NCBI RefSeq assembly: GCF_006345805.1
Contig: NC_043000.1
Span: 131,750,001 to 131,814,000, forward strand
DNA length: 64,000 nt
Direction: 5' to 3'
Source: Octopus sinensis
Lineage: Eukaryota
Positions 12,442 through 25,135 of the stretch are shown here, in pieces (within the stretch, counting starts at the first letter, position 1; each line of letters starts with the position of its first letter). The translations under genes and the position numbers were made by a program. The notes under the pieces are model-generated. The model saw only the letters and a list, made by a program, of their open reading frames with translations, was not told the origin of the DNA and searched no databases.

Positions 12442-13156
12442 CAGGGAAAGCTTTGAGACTCTAAATGCAAAGAAAAAACATAGTAGTGGCAATGGTAATG
12501 GTAGTGGTGATAGCAGCAGCAGTGGTAGTGGTAGTGGTAGTTTGTCAAGCTATTGTTCTAGCAATAAGCTACAGTAATCAATATTTTCAACCAGAAGTTA
12601 AATGAAATAACAAAGATTATACAGCAAAGCAAGAAAAATATTGCCTTCTTTGAGAATACACCACCCAGAACCAATCAGAGAAAGATTATATAGACCATGA
12701 ATACAAGAAGGAACCAGATTATACATAGTTCATGACTACAAAGAGGTATCAGCTGCTAGAATGATTACAAAATCTAACATCTTCTTCAGTGTTTTAATAT
12801 CCAATTTCCCATGTTTGCATGGGTCAATCAGATTTTCTACAGCTGGATGCCCTTCCTCTCACCAACCCTTACTTATTTCTAAGCAAAATAACACTTCCCT
12901 ATGGTCAGATATGTCTTTACAGAATATTATTAACAAATGACATTCATTTATGATAATTACACAAAATCAAAGAGAAGGAAATACAAACATACTCACACAT
13001 ACATACATATACATATATATATACACACATATACATATACATATATAAATACATATATACAGACATATGTATATATACATGTATCATCATCATCATTTAA
13101 CATCCATTCTCCATGCTGGCATGGGTTAGATGGTGACTATATATATAAATAGTAGT

Positions 13157-13556
13157 TGTGATACCTGTGCCGGTGGCACATAAAAAGCACCATCCGAACG
13201 TGGCCGTTGCCAGCGCCACCTCGACTGGCTTCTATGCCGGTGGCACATAAAAAGCACCATCCGAACGTGGCCGATGCCAGCGCCACCTTGGCTGGCTTCC
13301 GTGCCGGTGGCACGTTAAAAGCACCAACCGATCATGGCCGATGCCGGACTCCCCTGGTACCTGTGCAGGTGGCACTTAAAAAGCACCCACTACACTCGTG
13401 GAGTGGTTGGCGTTAGGAAGGGCATCCAGCTGTAGAAACTCTGCCAGATCAGACTGAAGCCTGGTGCAGCCCCTGGTTTCCCAGACCCCGGTCGAACCAT
13501 CCAACCCGTGCTAGCGCGGAAAACGGACGTTAAACGATGATGATGATGATGATGAT
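13157..13556 (+). mobile_element. (GAT)n-tailed repeat with expanded internal ~65-bp subunits
   Basis: About 4 tandem ggtggcacataaaaagcacc units before the family core. Confidence 0.85.
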
Positions 13557-13631
13557 ATATATATATATATATATATAGAGAGAAGGGGAGAGAGAGGGGG
13601 AGAGGATTCATTTTATTCCACACAGGCAGAA

Positions 13632-13819
13632 ATATACTCTTTTACTCTTTTACTGCAACCATGCTGGAGTGCCACCTTTAGTCGAGCAAATTGACCCCAG
13701 GACTTATTCTTTTTAAGCCTAGTACTTATTCTATCAGTCTCTTTTGCTGAACCGCTAAGTTACAGTGATGTAAATACACCAGCATCAGTTATCAAGTGAT
13801 GTTGGGGGTACAAACACAG

Positions 13820-13864
<45 letters not shown>

Positions 13865-14035
13865 CATATATACGACGAGCTTCTTTCAGTTTCCGTCTAC
13901 CAAATCCACTCACAAGGCTTTGGTTGGCCCAAGGCTATAGTAGAAGACACTTGCCCAAGGTTCCACACAGTGGATTGAACCCAGAATCATGTGGTTAGTA
14001 AGCAAGCTACTTACACACAGCCACTCCTGCGCCTA
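13632..14035 (-). mobile_element. Full-length tRNA-derived (CORE-like) SINE with internal (CA)/(TA) microsatellite
   Basis: Head ggcgcaggagtggctgtgtg...gggttcaatcc and ccttgggcaagtgtcttc core. Partial copies at ~3985-4160, 16880-17035, 17560-17725, 18305-18515 and 26420-26560. Confidence 0.8.
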
Positions 14036-14818
14036 TATAGAATAAAGAAGTTGAAAATGCACTGGGAGTCTTTGAGATGGTTTATTTTTAAATGCTTAAC
14101 TGGTTTCAAAGATTTTTCTGATTTCCAAAAGTTAAGTGAGGTAAAAAGACATGGGGCTATGTCACAATAGTCTTGCTTCTGACTGGAGCTTGAAAATTTT
14201 CTTGTTTTTGTGGCGCAAACATGGTTCAAATTAGTGTCTGTTTAGTATACAATTTGATTAACAGAGGATGGTCAAGTAATTAGGCTCAGGAATTTTTGTA
14301 AGTTTCACACTGTGAGTTAATGTCATCATCATCATCATCATCATCCTCATTTAACATCCGTTTTCCATGCTGGCATGGGATGGATGGTTTAACTGAAAAC
14401 TGGTAATCTGAGGAGCTACGCCAGGATCCAATCTGATTTGGCACGGTTTCTATGGCTGGATGCCCTTCCAAATGCCAATCACCGAGTGCAGTGGGTGCTT
14501 TTTATGTACCACCAGTTACATAACACCAATATCGGCCACAACTACAGTCTCACATGGCTTGACTGGTCTTCTCATGTGACAATATTTTTTGCACTGTAAA
14601 TTAAGGATGACACAGTTGAGTGAATGTATCTAGTGATGTGTCGACACTTAAACAACTCCTGTTCACTCTACCACAAGACATTAAATTTAGAGAGACTTGA
14701 TTATTTGAAACTGTCATTAGATATTTTACTCAACTATATTAGCCTTAACTTACAGAAAAACATATTGTCACATGGCATTAACGCAGACACACAAAAATTT
14801 CTAAGCTATCCTTTGCCA

Positions 14819-15080
14819 ATCATCATCATCATCATTTAACGTCCGTTTTCCATGCTAGCATGGGTTGGATGGTTCAACCGGAGTGTGGAAAACCAGGAGG
14901 CTGCACCAGGCTCCAGTCTGATCTGGCAGTGTTTCTACAGCTGGATGCCCTTCCGAACGCCAAGCATTCCATGAGTGTAGTGGGTGCTTTTTTACGTGCC
15001 ATCAGCACACAGGAGCCAGTCAAGGCAGTACTGGCATCAGCCACATTCAGATGATGTCTTTTACGTGCCACCATCACAGG
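14819..15080 (-). mobile_element. (GAT)n-tailed SINE/RTE-3'-end repeat
   Basis: Same family. Further partial copies at ~11160-11350, 14323-14510 and 25399-25545. Confidence 0.8.
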
Positions 15081-15094
15081 TATCAGATATTAAA

Positions 15095-15520
15095 TTGAGC
15101 CATCTTCTCTCCATGAAAACAAGAGAATTTTCAAACTCCAGTCAGAAGCAAGACAGCTGCAGCATAACTCCATGTCTTTCTATCATATCTAACTTCTGAA
15201 AATCAGAAAAATCTGTGAAACTGATTAAGCCTTTAAAAATAAACCATCTGAAAGACTCCCAATTAATTATCAATTTCTTATGCCCAACTGTCAGTCTGGA
15301 TAAACTTGGATTTTCCGAAAAAGAAATCAAGCAACTAATTGACACATTACAAATACAATCTTTAAGCAAAACAGCAGAACTATGCAAGACTTTTCTCAGG
15401 TTTAAAATGTGACATTGTTTTCGTCCTCTACATTCCAAAGATGGAACTTTGTATCTTTGTAAGAAACCAGCTCCTTCTTCAAAGGAAGAGTTTAAATGAT
15501 TAAAAATAGAACACACACAC
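15095..15520 (+). mobile_element. 3' fragment of an RLE-type retroelement; inverted partial copy at ~14040-14215
   Basis: LDKLGFSEKEIKQLIDTLQIQSLSKTAELCKTFLRFKM; about 170 bp is shared in inverted orientation with 14040-14215. Confidence 0.45.
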
Positions 15521-15559
15521 ACACACACATACATTGATTTCTAATTGTGGAAGGAAACT

Positions 15560-16320
15560 GTGGAAAAAGTAAACCCAAGAAGATGTACATTACAAAAAAA
15601 ACTCACAGAAAAAGTGGCGGCACAAATACACAGCAGAAAAGGTATCAGAGAATGACAAGAATGGTCATACTCTTGGGATGAAGCCATATCAACCAAATGT
15701 TATTGTCACAAATGATTTATCAATTATAATCGATGGAAAATATATTTTTTTTTTAAATGGGAAAACTATCCAAATATAATGATCTGGAGATAACCAAAAT
15801 GTGGTAAGTGAAAACAGAAACAATATCTATAATATTCAATGCTTTGGGAATGATTCAATAAGATGCAGACAATTACATATACTCAACATGCATAAAATAT
15901 CAATAATAGTAAATGACAAAATGACTATAGTCAAGGATTTGCCAGAATGACAAAGTGACCATACTCATATTTCAATTCATAGAAACAAGGAGATAAAGGC
16001 AAACTGACAGATATTGTTGCCATAGGCCAACAGGAAAGGTAATATCTCTTGATCAAAGCATCAATCCTAACAGATGATAATGCATCTCAAAACAAAATGG
16101 AAAAACACTTCAAATATAAAGATCTTGAAACTGAGATAAACAGAATGTGATTGAAAGTAGAAACAGTCCTTATAATAACAGGTGTTTTAGGAATAATTCT
16201 AAAAGAGGCAGACAAATACATCACAACACAACAACAAAAGCAATAAAATATAGCTCTACTTACACCACAATATATGTTACATAGACTACTTTCAATTGAT
16301 ACAACAGATTTCAACACAGA
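15560..16320 (+). mobile_element. R4/Dong-like RLE non-LTR retrotransposon 3' fragment
   Basis: KHFKYKDLETEINRM*LKVETVLIITGVLG matches the RLE C-terminal K..KY.DL..EI...W motif. Confidence 0.6.
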
Positions 16321-17089
16321 AGGAACAAAGTGTACGTGCCATTAGTGATAGAGCTGCACTTTGTTCTGCAGTGAAAGTACTGTAAATTAGGACTACTAAA
16401 ATAATAGTAATTAAAATGCTGAAGAAATTGCACAAGTATTAAGCAGATTTGTTTACAGTTTTATAGGGAAATGTAACTGTAAAACTAACAACAGAATAAC
16501 AAATTATAGCAAAACAAAAAAATCACGAGATAAATACTTTAGTATATAGTAACTAAATATATATATGACATAATCATGTTTAGAGAATAACAATACAGAG
16601 ATGTCAACATATATCTACAAGAGCAAAAGAATGAAAAGGGCTTTATGTGGATGCTCTAACTGCAAGAAATACTAACCAAAATCTTTTCAGATAACAAATT
16701 CCTGTTATTTTACAAAAAAAGCAAGGGCACATTAGATAATGTCATTCGAGATACACTATGGTAGGGTCTCCCATATGTAATATAGGAAGTTGATAAAATT
16801 TTATCAGCTGAGATAATGCAAATAACAAGAAGACAAAAAATCCCTCTAAGGATATTTTAAAAAAATTTTTTAATGAGTAGGAATGGCTGTGTGGTTGTGA
16901 AACTCACTTCCCAACCTCATGGTCTCGGGTTCAGTCCCACTACATGACATTTGCACAAGTGTCTTCTACAATAGCCCTGGGCCAATCAAAATCCTGTGAG
17001 TGAATTTTGGTAAGCGGAAACTGACAGAAACCCAGCAGCAGCAGCAGCAGCACATCCATTTTCTCATGCTTGCATGTATTGATAGAGTT

Positions 17090-17325
17090 TATCTGTTTCT
17101 TTATTACCCACAAGGGGCTAAACATAGAGGGGACAAACAAGGACAGACAAACAGATTAAGTCAATTACATCGACCCCAGTGCGTAACTGGTACTTAATCT
17201 ATCAACCCTGAAAGGATGAAAGGCAAAGTCGACCTCGGCGGAATTTGAACTCAGAACGTAACGGCAGACGAAATATGGCTACGCATTTCGCCCGGCGTGT
17301 TAACGGTTTTGCCAGCTTGCCGCTG
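17090..17325 (-). mobile_element. tRNA-derived SINE with gcctttcatcctttcggggtcgataa central domain
   Basis: B-box gagttcaaattcc followed by a conserved central domain (Meta-like, from memory). Confidence 0.7.
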
Positions 17326-18253
17326 CATTGACAAAGTTTATCAAGGCAGCTTTTCTATGACTGGCAGCCCTTCTTGTTGTCAACTCTTAGCTGCCTCAAT
17401 AAATTTTGCTTCACCCATGCAAGCATGTAAAGTAAACTTTAAATGATGATAATCATGATGAACAAGAGAGTTAATTCCAATATTGTTAGTTCATTAAAAT
17501 TTTCAAACAATTTAAACAATGTATTATTAGACATCTTCAAAAAAGGATATTCCATTAAAATGGCTAAGTGTGGCCTATATTGCGATTGGTTAAGAAATTT
17601 AGTTCCCAAGCACATAGCTTTGATTCAGACCCACTGGGTGATTCTTTGGATAAACATCTTCTACTATAACTTGAGCTGACCAAAGCCTTGTGAGCAGTTA
17701 TGGTAAACAGAAACAGAAACTGAAAGAGAGAGTGTTTGAAGCCTCTTGTCTTGACATCACAAGATACTGAAAGTTCCTGGCTTTGAGTAAAAGAAAATAC
17801 AAGAGGCTCATTTAATTATAATTTCATTTAACATATTCCCCTCTCAGATTCACACACTTATTGCAGCGATCCTTCCGTTTTTCTAAGCCTTGTAAAAGAA
17901 CTCAGAAGGTTGGGCCTCCAACCAAGCCTTTCGCGATACCCTTAAAGCCAGGAACTTTTCAGCACCCCCTTGTAGTTGTGTCACTGCCATATAAGCAGCG
18001 TTATTCATTTCCAGTCTTCTGTGAGAACATGTCCAGCCATAAAAGAAATATCATCTTACTCAGAAACAGGTGAGGGTTGGCAATAGAAATGGCACCCAGC
18101 TGCAGAAAATCTTCCTCGACAAATTCCATCTGCTCCATGTTTGCATGGAAAATTAGACAACAAAACAATGAAGATGGTAATAATACACGTGCGTGTATGT
18201 GTGTGCATGTGTATGCTTGAGTGTGTAGGTGCATGTGTGTGTGTATGTGTGAG

Positions 18254-18301
<48 letters not shown>

Positions 18302-18692
18302 TTTGTGTGTGTGTTTGTCCATCACCACTGCTTGGCACCTGGTGGTGTTGGTATGTTTATGTTCAGGTAACTTAGTGGTTCAGCAAAAGAGAAAGAAATC
18401 AATAGAACAGTTGCCCGGCTTTAAAAAAAAGGTAATTCATTCAACTAAAATTCATCAAGGTGGTGCCCCAGCATGGCCACAGTCTAATCACTGAAACAAG
18501 TGAAAGATAGAAGATAGTATATATAAATATATATATATATACACACACACACACAAACACAATGGTGAATCAGAAAGTAATGTACATAAAAACTGCATTA
18601 CTTTCTGACTCATTCCCATGTGTGTGTGTATGTATGTGTGTGTGTATGTGTCTCTATATATATGTATATCATCATCATACATATATATATAA

Positions 18693-18893
18693 GGGCAGCA
18701 AACTGGCAGAAATGTTAGCGCACCAGGTGAAATACTTAGTGGTATTTCATCCACCGTTACTTTCTGAGTTAAAATTCCGCCGAGGTCGACTTTGCCTTTC
18801 ATCCTTTCGGGGTCAATAAATTAGGTACCAGTTATGCACTGGAGTCAATGTAATCGACTTTATCCCTCTGTCTGTCCCTTGTTTGTCCCCTCT
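18693..18893 (+). mobile_element. Same SINE family as 17090-17325
   Basis: Head plus central domain. Further partials at ~20970-21375 (three in tandem, minus strand) and ~29270-29380. Confidence 0.7.
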
Positions 18894-18913
18894 AAAAAAA
18901 AAAAAAAAAAAAT

Positions 18914-19341
18914 GCGCAACTCCATTGTCTCCCGAGACAGAAAGGATGCCAATACCAATACCAATATATATATATATATATATTAAGAATAATCTTACTT
19001 AGAAATGGATGCGTGCGTTCAGTCATATATATATAAATAAATAAATAAACATATGCATATATACATACATATATGTACGTACCTACCTCTACATGTATAT
19101 TACATGCATATATGGGTACAGGACAAAAAAGGCGCAACTCCATTGTCTCCCGAGACGAAAGGATGCCAATACCATACCAATATAATATATATAATATTAA
19201 GAATAATCTTACTTAGAAATGGATGCGTGCGTTCAGTCATATATATATAAATAAATAAATAAAACATATGCATATATACATACATATATGTACGTACCTA
19301 CCTCTACATGTATATATACATGCATATATGGGTACAGGACA
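18914..19341 (+). repeat. Tandem duplication of a ~215-bp unit
   Basis: 18914-19125 matches 19132-19341 (period 218). Confidence 0.9.
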
Positions 19342-20482
19342 CCAAAAAACATCAAACACAATGAGAAACGAAAACATAAACACAAAACCAAGGAAATAGA
19401 GTACAGGACATACAAACAAGGAAAATTCCCCTTCTTCAGTTGCCTAAATTTCATCTACTCCACGTTTTGAAGGTCAGGCGATACATGACTTCAATGAAAT
19501 TTTCCTTCCCGCGGAAATCAAAGTAAATAAAATTTGAGATTTTTTTGCGGAGGGGTAAAAAATGGAAATATCAGTGAATGTCTGTCTTTATATTGTGCAT
19601 CTGTGCAGTGTGAGGAAGAAAGTAGACATATAACAGAAAGGTTTAGCATCAATTATAAAAAATCCTGTTTGTTATGTAAAGACAAGTATTTAAATTATTG
19701 GCAAATGGTAGTTAGGGGAGTACAGAATAGTCCAGCAACAGCTCTATAAATTATTGCTGTGATTGTTAAGCTGGTCACTGCTTAATATGGCAACATCTGG
19801 GTTACTGGTAACAGCTTTATCTGAATTGAGGGTTTCACAGCTGTTCTGCTATCCTTGTGAATGACTGCAGTCCATTGCTGATATGTTTGTTGTAACTACT
19901 ACCACTTTGACAATAATCAAAATCACTGTGACTACTAATACCTTTTCTGAAGTACTACATCTCTGGGCTGCAACTCATAACCCTGCTTCTCTGAGTTGGG
20001 CTGCATACCTGACAACCACTGGTACTAATACCAGTTGGTAAGCTCTGCCTCCAAGGAAATTCCACTACAATAGTTTTCTTCCACATCAGCTCTTCTTAAC
20101 AGCATTATTTATTAATAAAGCATTGGACTGAGTCACTGATTGCTTATGAATTTGCTGATGTAGTCTGTTGATAAAGTAAGATTTTTATCAACAGATTATA
20201 CTTAACTCATTGCACTAGTTGATTGATCAGAAAGTGGATGATGTTGCCATTTGGGGCAATAGATGATAACAGGCACGTCTGCTAAAGCTAGATGGATTAA
20301 TGGTTTGTTGTACCAGAAGATGTATGTCTGCTGATGAAGTAGGTGCACAAGTTGACTGGTGCAAATGCGATGATTAAGCTACATCTATTGATACAAGTCT
20401 GTCTAGTGTTAGATGGCAGTTGACAAAAGCAAACTATCAGTTTGAGGATTTATGTTCAAACTACAAGGATACCATAAATCAG

Positions 20483-20759
20483 TGCTGCTGGACTGGCTCC
20501 TGTGCAGGTGGCACATAAAAAACACCACTTGAGCGTGGCCATTGCCAGTACCAACTGACTGGCCCTTGTCCGGTGGCATGTAAAAGCACCCACTACACTC
20601 TTGGAATGGTTGGCGTTAGGAAGGGCATCCAGCTGTAGAAACTCTGCCAGCTCAGATTGGAGCCTGGTGCAGCCATCTGGTTTGCCAGTCCTCAGTCAAA
20701 TCGTCCAACCCATGCTAGCATGGAAAGCGGACGTAAAACGATGATGATGATGATGATGA
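20483..20759 (+). mobile_element. (GAT)n-tailed SINE/RTE-3'-end repeat
   Basis: Closely matches 9118-9397. Confidence 0.85.
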
Positions 20760-22329
20760 GGTGATCACTACAAGCTAAATAATAAATTCTTGCAATTCAC
20801 ATTATTCTGAAGTGCTGAGATTTGCTGTTATTGCTTAATCCAAAGACAGCCCTGACCAAGGCTATAAGCAAAAGCATCCCTTCCATGATCATCTCATATG
20901 TCTTTTTTAAAGGTACAGTGGTATGATTAAAAGTAATTAAGCAATAATATTAACTACAATGAAACACTAATACTCTTTTCTACTCTAGGCACAAGGCCTG
21001 ACAATTTTTGATGGGTGAACACCATACATCAACTGGTACTTAATTATAAACCCTGAACGGTGAAAGGCAAATTTAGTGAATTGCAAAATTTAACCAATAA
21101 AACACTAAATACTCTTTTCTACTCTAGGCACAAGGCCTGAAATTTTGGGGGCAAGGGCCAGTCGATTTGATTGACACCAGTACACAACTGGTACTTAATT
21201 TATCAACCCTGAACGGATGAAAGGCAAAGTTGACCTCGGCAGAATTTGAACTCAAAACATAGAACACTAAATACTCCTTTCTACTCTAGGCACAAGGCCT
21301 GAAATTTTGGGGGAGGGGCCAGTCGATTTGATTGACACCAGTACGTAACAAGTATTTAATTTATTGACACCCGAAAGGATGACTACCAGCTGCTTTACAG
21401 AGTGTACAGAGTGTATTTTATTGTGGCACCAGCACTAGTGAGGTTGCCTTGTAACCTGTAAGACTAAATCATTCTCAGAACAAGCTGAACAAGAAGGTGA
21501 ATCAAAGAGGTAATGACAAAAAATAAACTAGGATGGGAAGATGAAAGAAGCAAGAGTATGATGGAAGAAACAAAGAGAGCAGGATCACAAGGTGGTAGAA
21601 AAGGAGGAAATGGAAGAGACATGCAATAAGGAGTAATGGAAGAGAGATTGTAATGGTAGAGAGTAATAAGAGAGGCTGTAATATTAAAGGGCAATAGGAG
21701 AGAAACAGTTATTGCAGATGTATGTTTGCTACTAACAGAGAGAGAGAGAGTGATACATAGTTGTATAAATGACGAGTGATAAGAGGAAGTGATGGATGTC
21801 AATAACAAGTGATTGAGAGGAGCAAGAGTGGTGACTGCCAGTCTAGAAGAATAATGTCAGCTCATAAGAAAGAAAGCCTCTAGAAGTGAGCAATCATAAG
21901 AAAAATTGTGAAAGAGTGATGGCTGTCATTAACAAGTGACCTACAGGGAGGGAAAAATGATGGTTAGAAGTTCAGAGGAGTGATGGAGGATGTATCTGAT
22001 ACCAACAGATTCAACACATTTTCTTGGTACCTTGTTATATATTCAAGAGGTGAAGGAGAGAGGTAGGAGATTAAATGTTATCCCTCTTTACATGACTAAC
22101 ATGGTACAGTGAATAGAAGAGAAGGAGAGTGATAGAAAGATGAGAGGATATCAAACAGGTAGGAGAAGGGGGGGGGGGGCAGATAGATACTTGATGGATA
22201 CAGAATGGATGAGACATCCAGATATCTCCAGACCACTCTAGACAGAAGCAATCAAGTCTTTCCAAGTACAATCTGTTGTTAATCACCACTTTGTCATTTC
22301 TTTTGTAAGCTATGACAGCTCCAGATTGA

Positions 22330-23000
22330 ATTTCATTGCTTTGTCCCACATCTTCCTTAATCTCCTTCTTCCACAAGTTTAGCTACAGATCACTCAAAAC
22401 TTCTTTATATACCTGCCATCATCCATCCATATGCATCACATGTCCATGCCAATACCAGCACAGCCTTCTCTTTTATAAACTACATCTGATTCCTCTTATA
22501 TCCAGTTTTTCTCTCAGCTCGTGTAATACTTCGTCATTTGTACACACTAACATTACACATCCAGTGAAGCATGCTTGCTTCATTTCTTTCTCGTCTTCAC
22601 AAATCTTCTGCATTCAAGACTCATACCTTGCAACCATCAGTATCACACTTTATATGCAAGCCTCATATAATCTACCCTTTACTCAGCTCCATGAAATTTT
22701 GCCACCCAGTTCTTACTATGCCTCCAGTACATTCAACTCCACTAACAATAAGGTTATCTGAATAACAAATGCTATTTATCAACTACCTCTAGTGAGCCTC
22801 CTGAGTATCAGAGAGGTTTTATTTCACATGAATTCTTATCCCAAAGTACTCACGTGCATCTTCCACTTATGAAATCTACTTTCTCTGTGAGCCTAGATGT
22901 GATCCCATAATACCTCTTGTATGACCATACTTTATATTGGATAAACTATGCAATCATGACTCATATCTTGAACTGTCGTCCATCTGAAAAATGACAATCA
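22330..23000 (-). mobile_element. RTE-clade LINE RT C-terminal fragment
   Basis: ASMLHWMCNVSV...LREKLDIRGIRCSL*KRRLCWYWHGHVMHMD resembles the RTE RLRWYGHV motif. Confidence 0.6.
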
Positions 23001-23086
23001 CAAGCGGTGATCACTAGAAGTGGGATCACAATAGGTCTACACTAAATATGTTCAATGTTCAACCCATACTTAATCATCAGTTTTAA

Positions 23087-23307
23087 CCCTTTCATTACCA
23101 ACCCGGCTAAAAACGGTTCTGGCTCTGAGTACAAATGTCTTGTTTTCATAAGTTTTGAATTAAAATCTTTCACCAAACCTTAGTCACAATTTATGTTCCT
23201 AACAATAGCTGAATGATAACTAAGTTATTTTACTAAATTCTTTGTTATATTTAAAGTAATTGAAAGAAACACAGAGCATCTAAAAAAAAAATACAGTAAT
23301 GAAAGGG
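23087..23307. mobile_element. piggyBac-like MITE (221 bp)
   Basis: TTAA|CCCTTTCATTAC...GTAATGAAAGGG|TTAA. Confidence 0.9.
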
Positions 23308-23469
23308 TTAAAGTACAGAATATATTAAAGTACAGAATACCTCAGTGTTTGCTTGCTTTTTTTTTATTTTAATATTTATAGAAATTACTAAAGCAAATTG
23401 GCAGAGTCATCTAAACATTCGATAGATTATTTGGTAGCATCTGTTCTGACTCTCTACACACTGAGTTAA

Positions 23470-23691
23470 CCCTTTCGTTACCAACCCAGCCGAAACTGGC
23501 TCTGGTTCTGTAGTACAACAGTCTTGTTTTCAAAAGTTCTGAATTAAAATCTTCCATCAAACCTTAGTTGCAATTTATGGTCCTAACACTAGCTTAATGA
23601 CAACTAAGATATTTTACTAAATTCTTTGTTACATTTAAAATTAATTGAAAGAAACACAGAGTATCTCAAAATAAATTCGGTAACAAAAGGG
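23470..23691. mobile_element. piggyBac-like MITE (222 bp), same family
   Basis: TTAA|CCCTTTCGTTACC...GGTAACAAAAGGG|TTAA; internal sequence is homologous to 23087-23307. Confidence 0.9.
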
Positions 23692-24774
23692 TTAAATACC
23701 ACTGAAGTCAACTTTGCCTTCCAGCCTTCCAAATTCAGTGGCTTAAAAAGAAATGTTAGAACATCAGACAAGACGCTTTACAATATCCATTCTAGCTCTT
23801 TGTGTTCTGATAGCAAAGTGCCTGTGATGATACTGGTGACAAGCTGAATCAGCCTTGTGCCTCTCTATTGGTAAACATCAGTGGCATGGGTAGGGGAGAC
23901 TTGTATGCATAGTAATGCTACAAAGTAATGCTTTCCTAGGTTCATGTTTAGAGAACCAGTCACAAAGTCAACCATGGCTGATGGAGGCCTGACTTTAGAT
24001 CTTACACTCGGTACAAATCATATTTGCTTTAACAAATAAAATAGCCTTAAAACACACATGCCATATTTATAAGGTAAGTAAAAAAGAAATGTGATAATTA
24101 AAAAAAATAACATTAAGCAATGAATAATAACTGTCATCTTTATTTGAGGATAGTAAATTAATGGAATCAGTAAATACCTTGTGGTATTTAGTTACACCCA
24201 TTTACAAATTTAGTTCAAATCCTGTTGGGTCAACTTTACAATTCATCCTTCTGGTGGGGTCAGTAAAATAAATACCATTCAAGTACTGGGGTAGATGTGA
24301 CCAACTATACCCATTCCTCAAAATTTGAGGTGTTATGCTCATGTTAAAATTTAATATTATTTTCTCATTTTTCAGATGGAAGACAGTTCAAGATATGAGT
24401 CATGAGAGAGCCACTATGTTATTTCTTAATTTGCTAGGAACAGGAGCCAAATCTCTCACAAATCACATCACACTGGACAATATAGTCTTCCACCATCATC
24501 ATTATTATCAACAACAGCATCCATGTTCCATACTGGCATGCACAGGGAAGTATTAAGGGATTCAATGCATCAAAAGACTGCATCATACTCCAGTGTTTGC
24601 TTTGGCATGCTTTCTATGGGTGGATGCTTTCTTAAAGCCAACCCCTTTACTGTGTATACAGGAAGCAGACATAAAATGATGATTTTGATGACGACAATGA
24701 TGCTGCTGATAGTATTGATGGTGGTGGTGGTGGTGGTGGGTGTGTGTGGGGGGGTGAGTAATTTTGTTTGGCCG

Positions 24775-25135
24775 ATGCCAGCCCCGCCTCGACTGGCTTT
24801 TGTGCCGGTGGCACATAAAAAGCACCATCCGAACGTAGCCGATGCCAGCACTGCCTCGACTGTCTTCTGTGCCGGTGGCACATAAAAAGCACCAACCAAT
24901 CGTGGCCGATGCCAGACCCCTCTGGCACCTGTGCAGGTGGCACGTAAAAAGCACCCACTACACTCGTGGAGTGGTTGGCGTTAGGAAGGGCATCCAGCTG
25001 TAGAAACACTGTCAGATCAGACTGGAGCCTGGTGCAGCCCCTGGCTTCCCAGACCCCGGTCGAACCGTCCAACCCGTGCTAGCGCGGAAAACGGACGTTA
25101 AACGATGATGATAATGTTGATGATGATGATGATGT
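24775..25135 (+). mobile_element. (GAT)n-tailed repeat with internal subunits
   Basis: Closely matches 13157-13556. Confidence 0.85.

Noticed and set aside
19750-20460. Moderately GC-rich stretch that might be an LTR gag/pol or exon remnant
   Set aside because: No convincing motif or splice-consistent frame could be identified.
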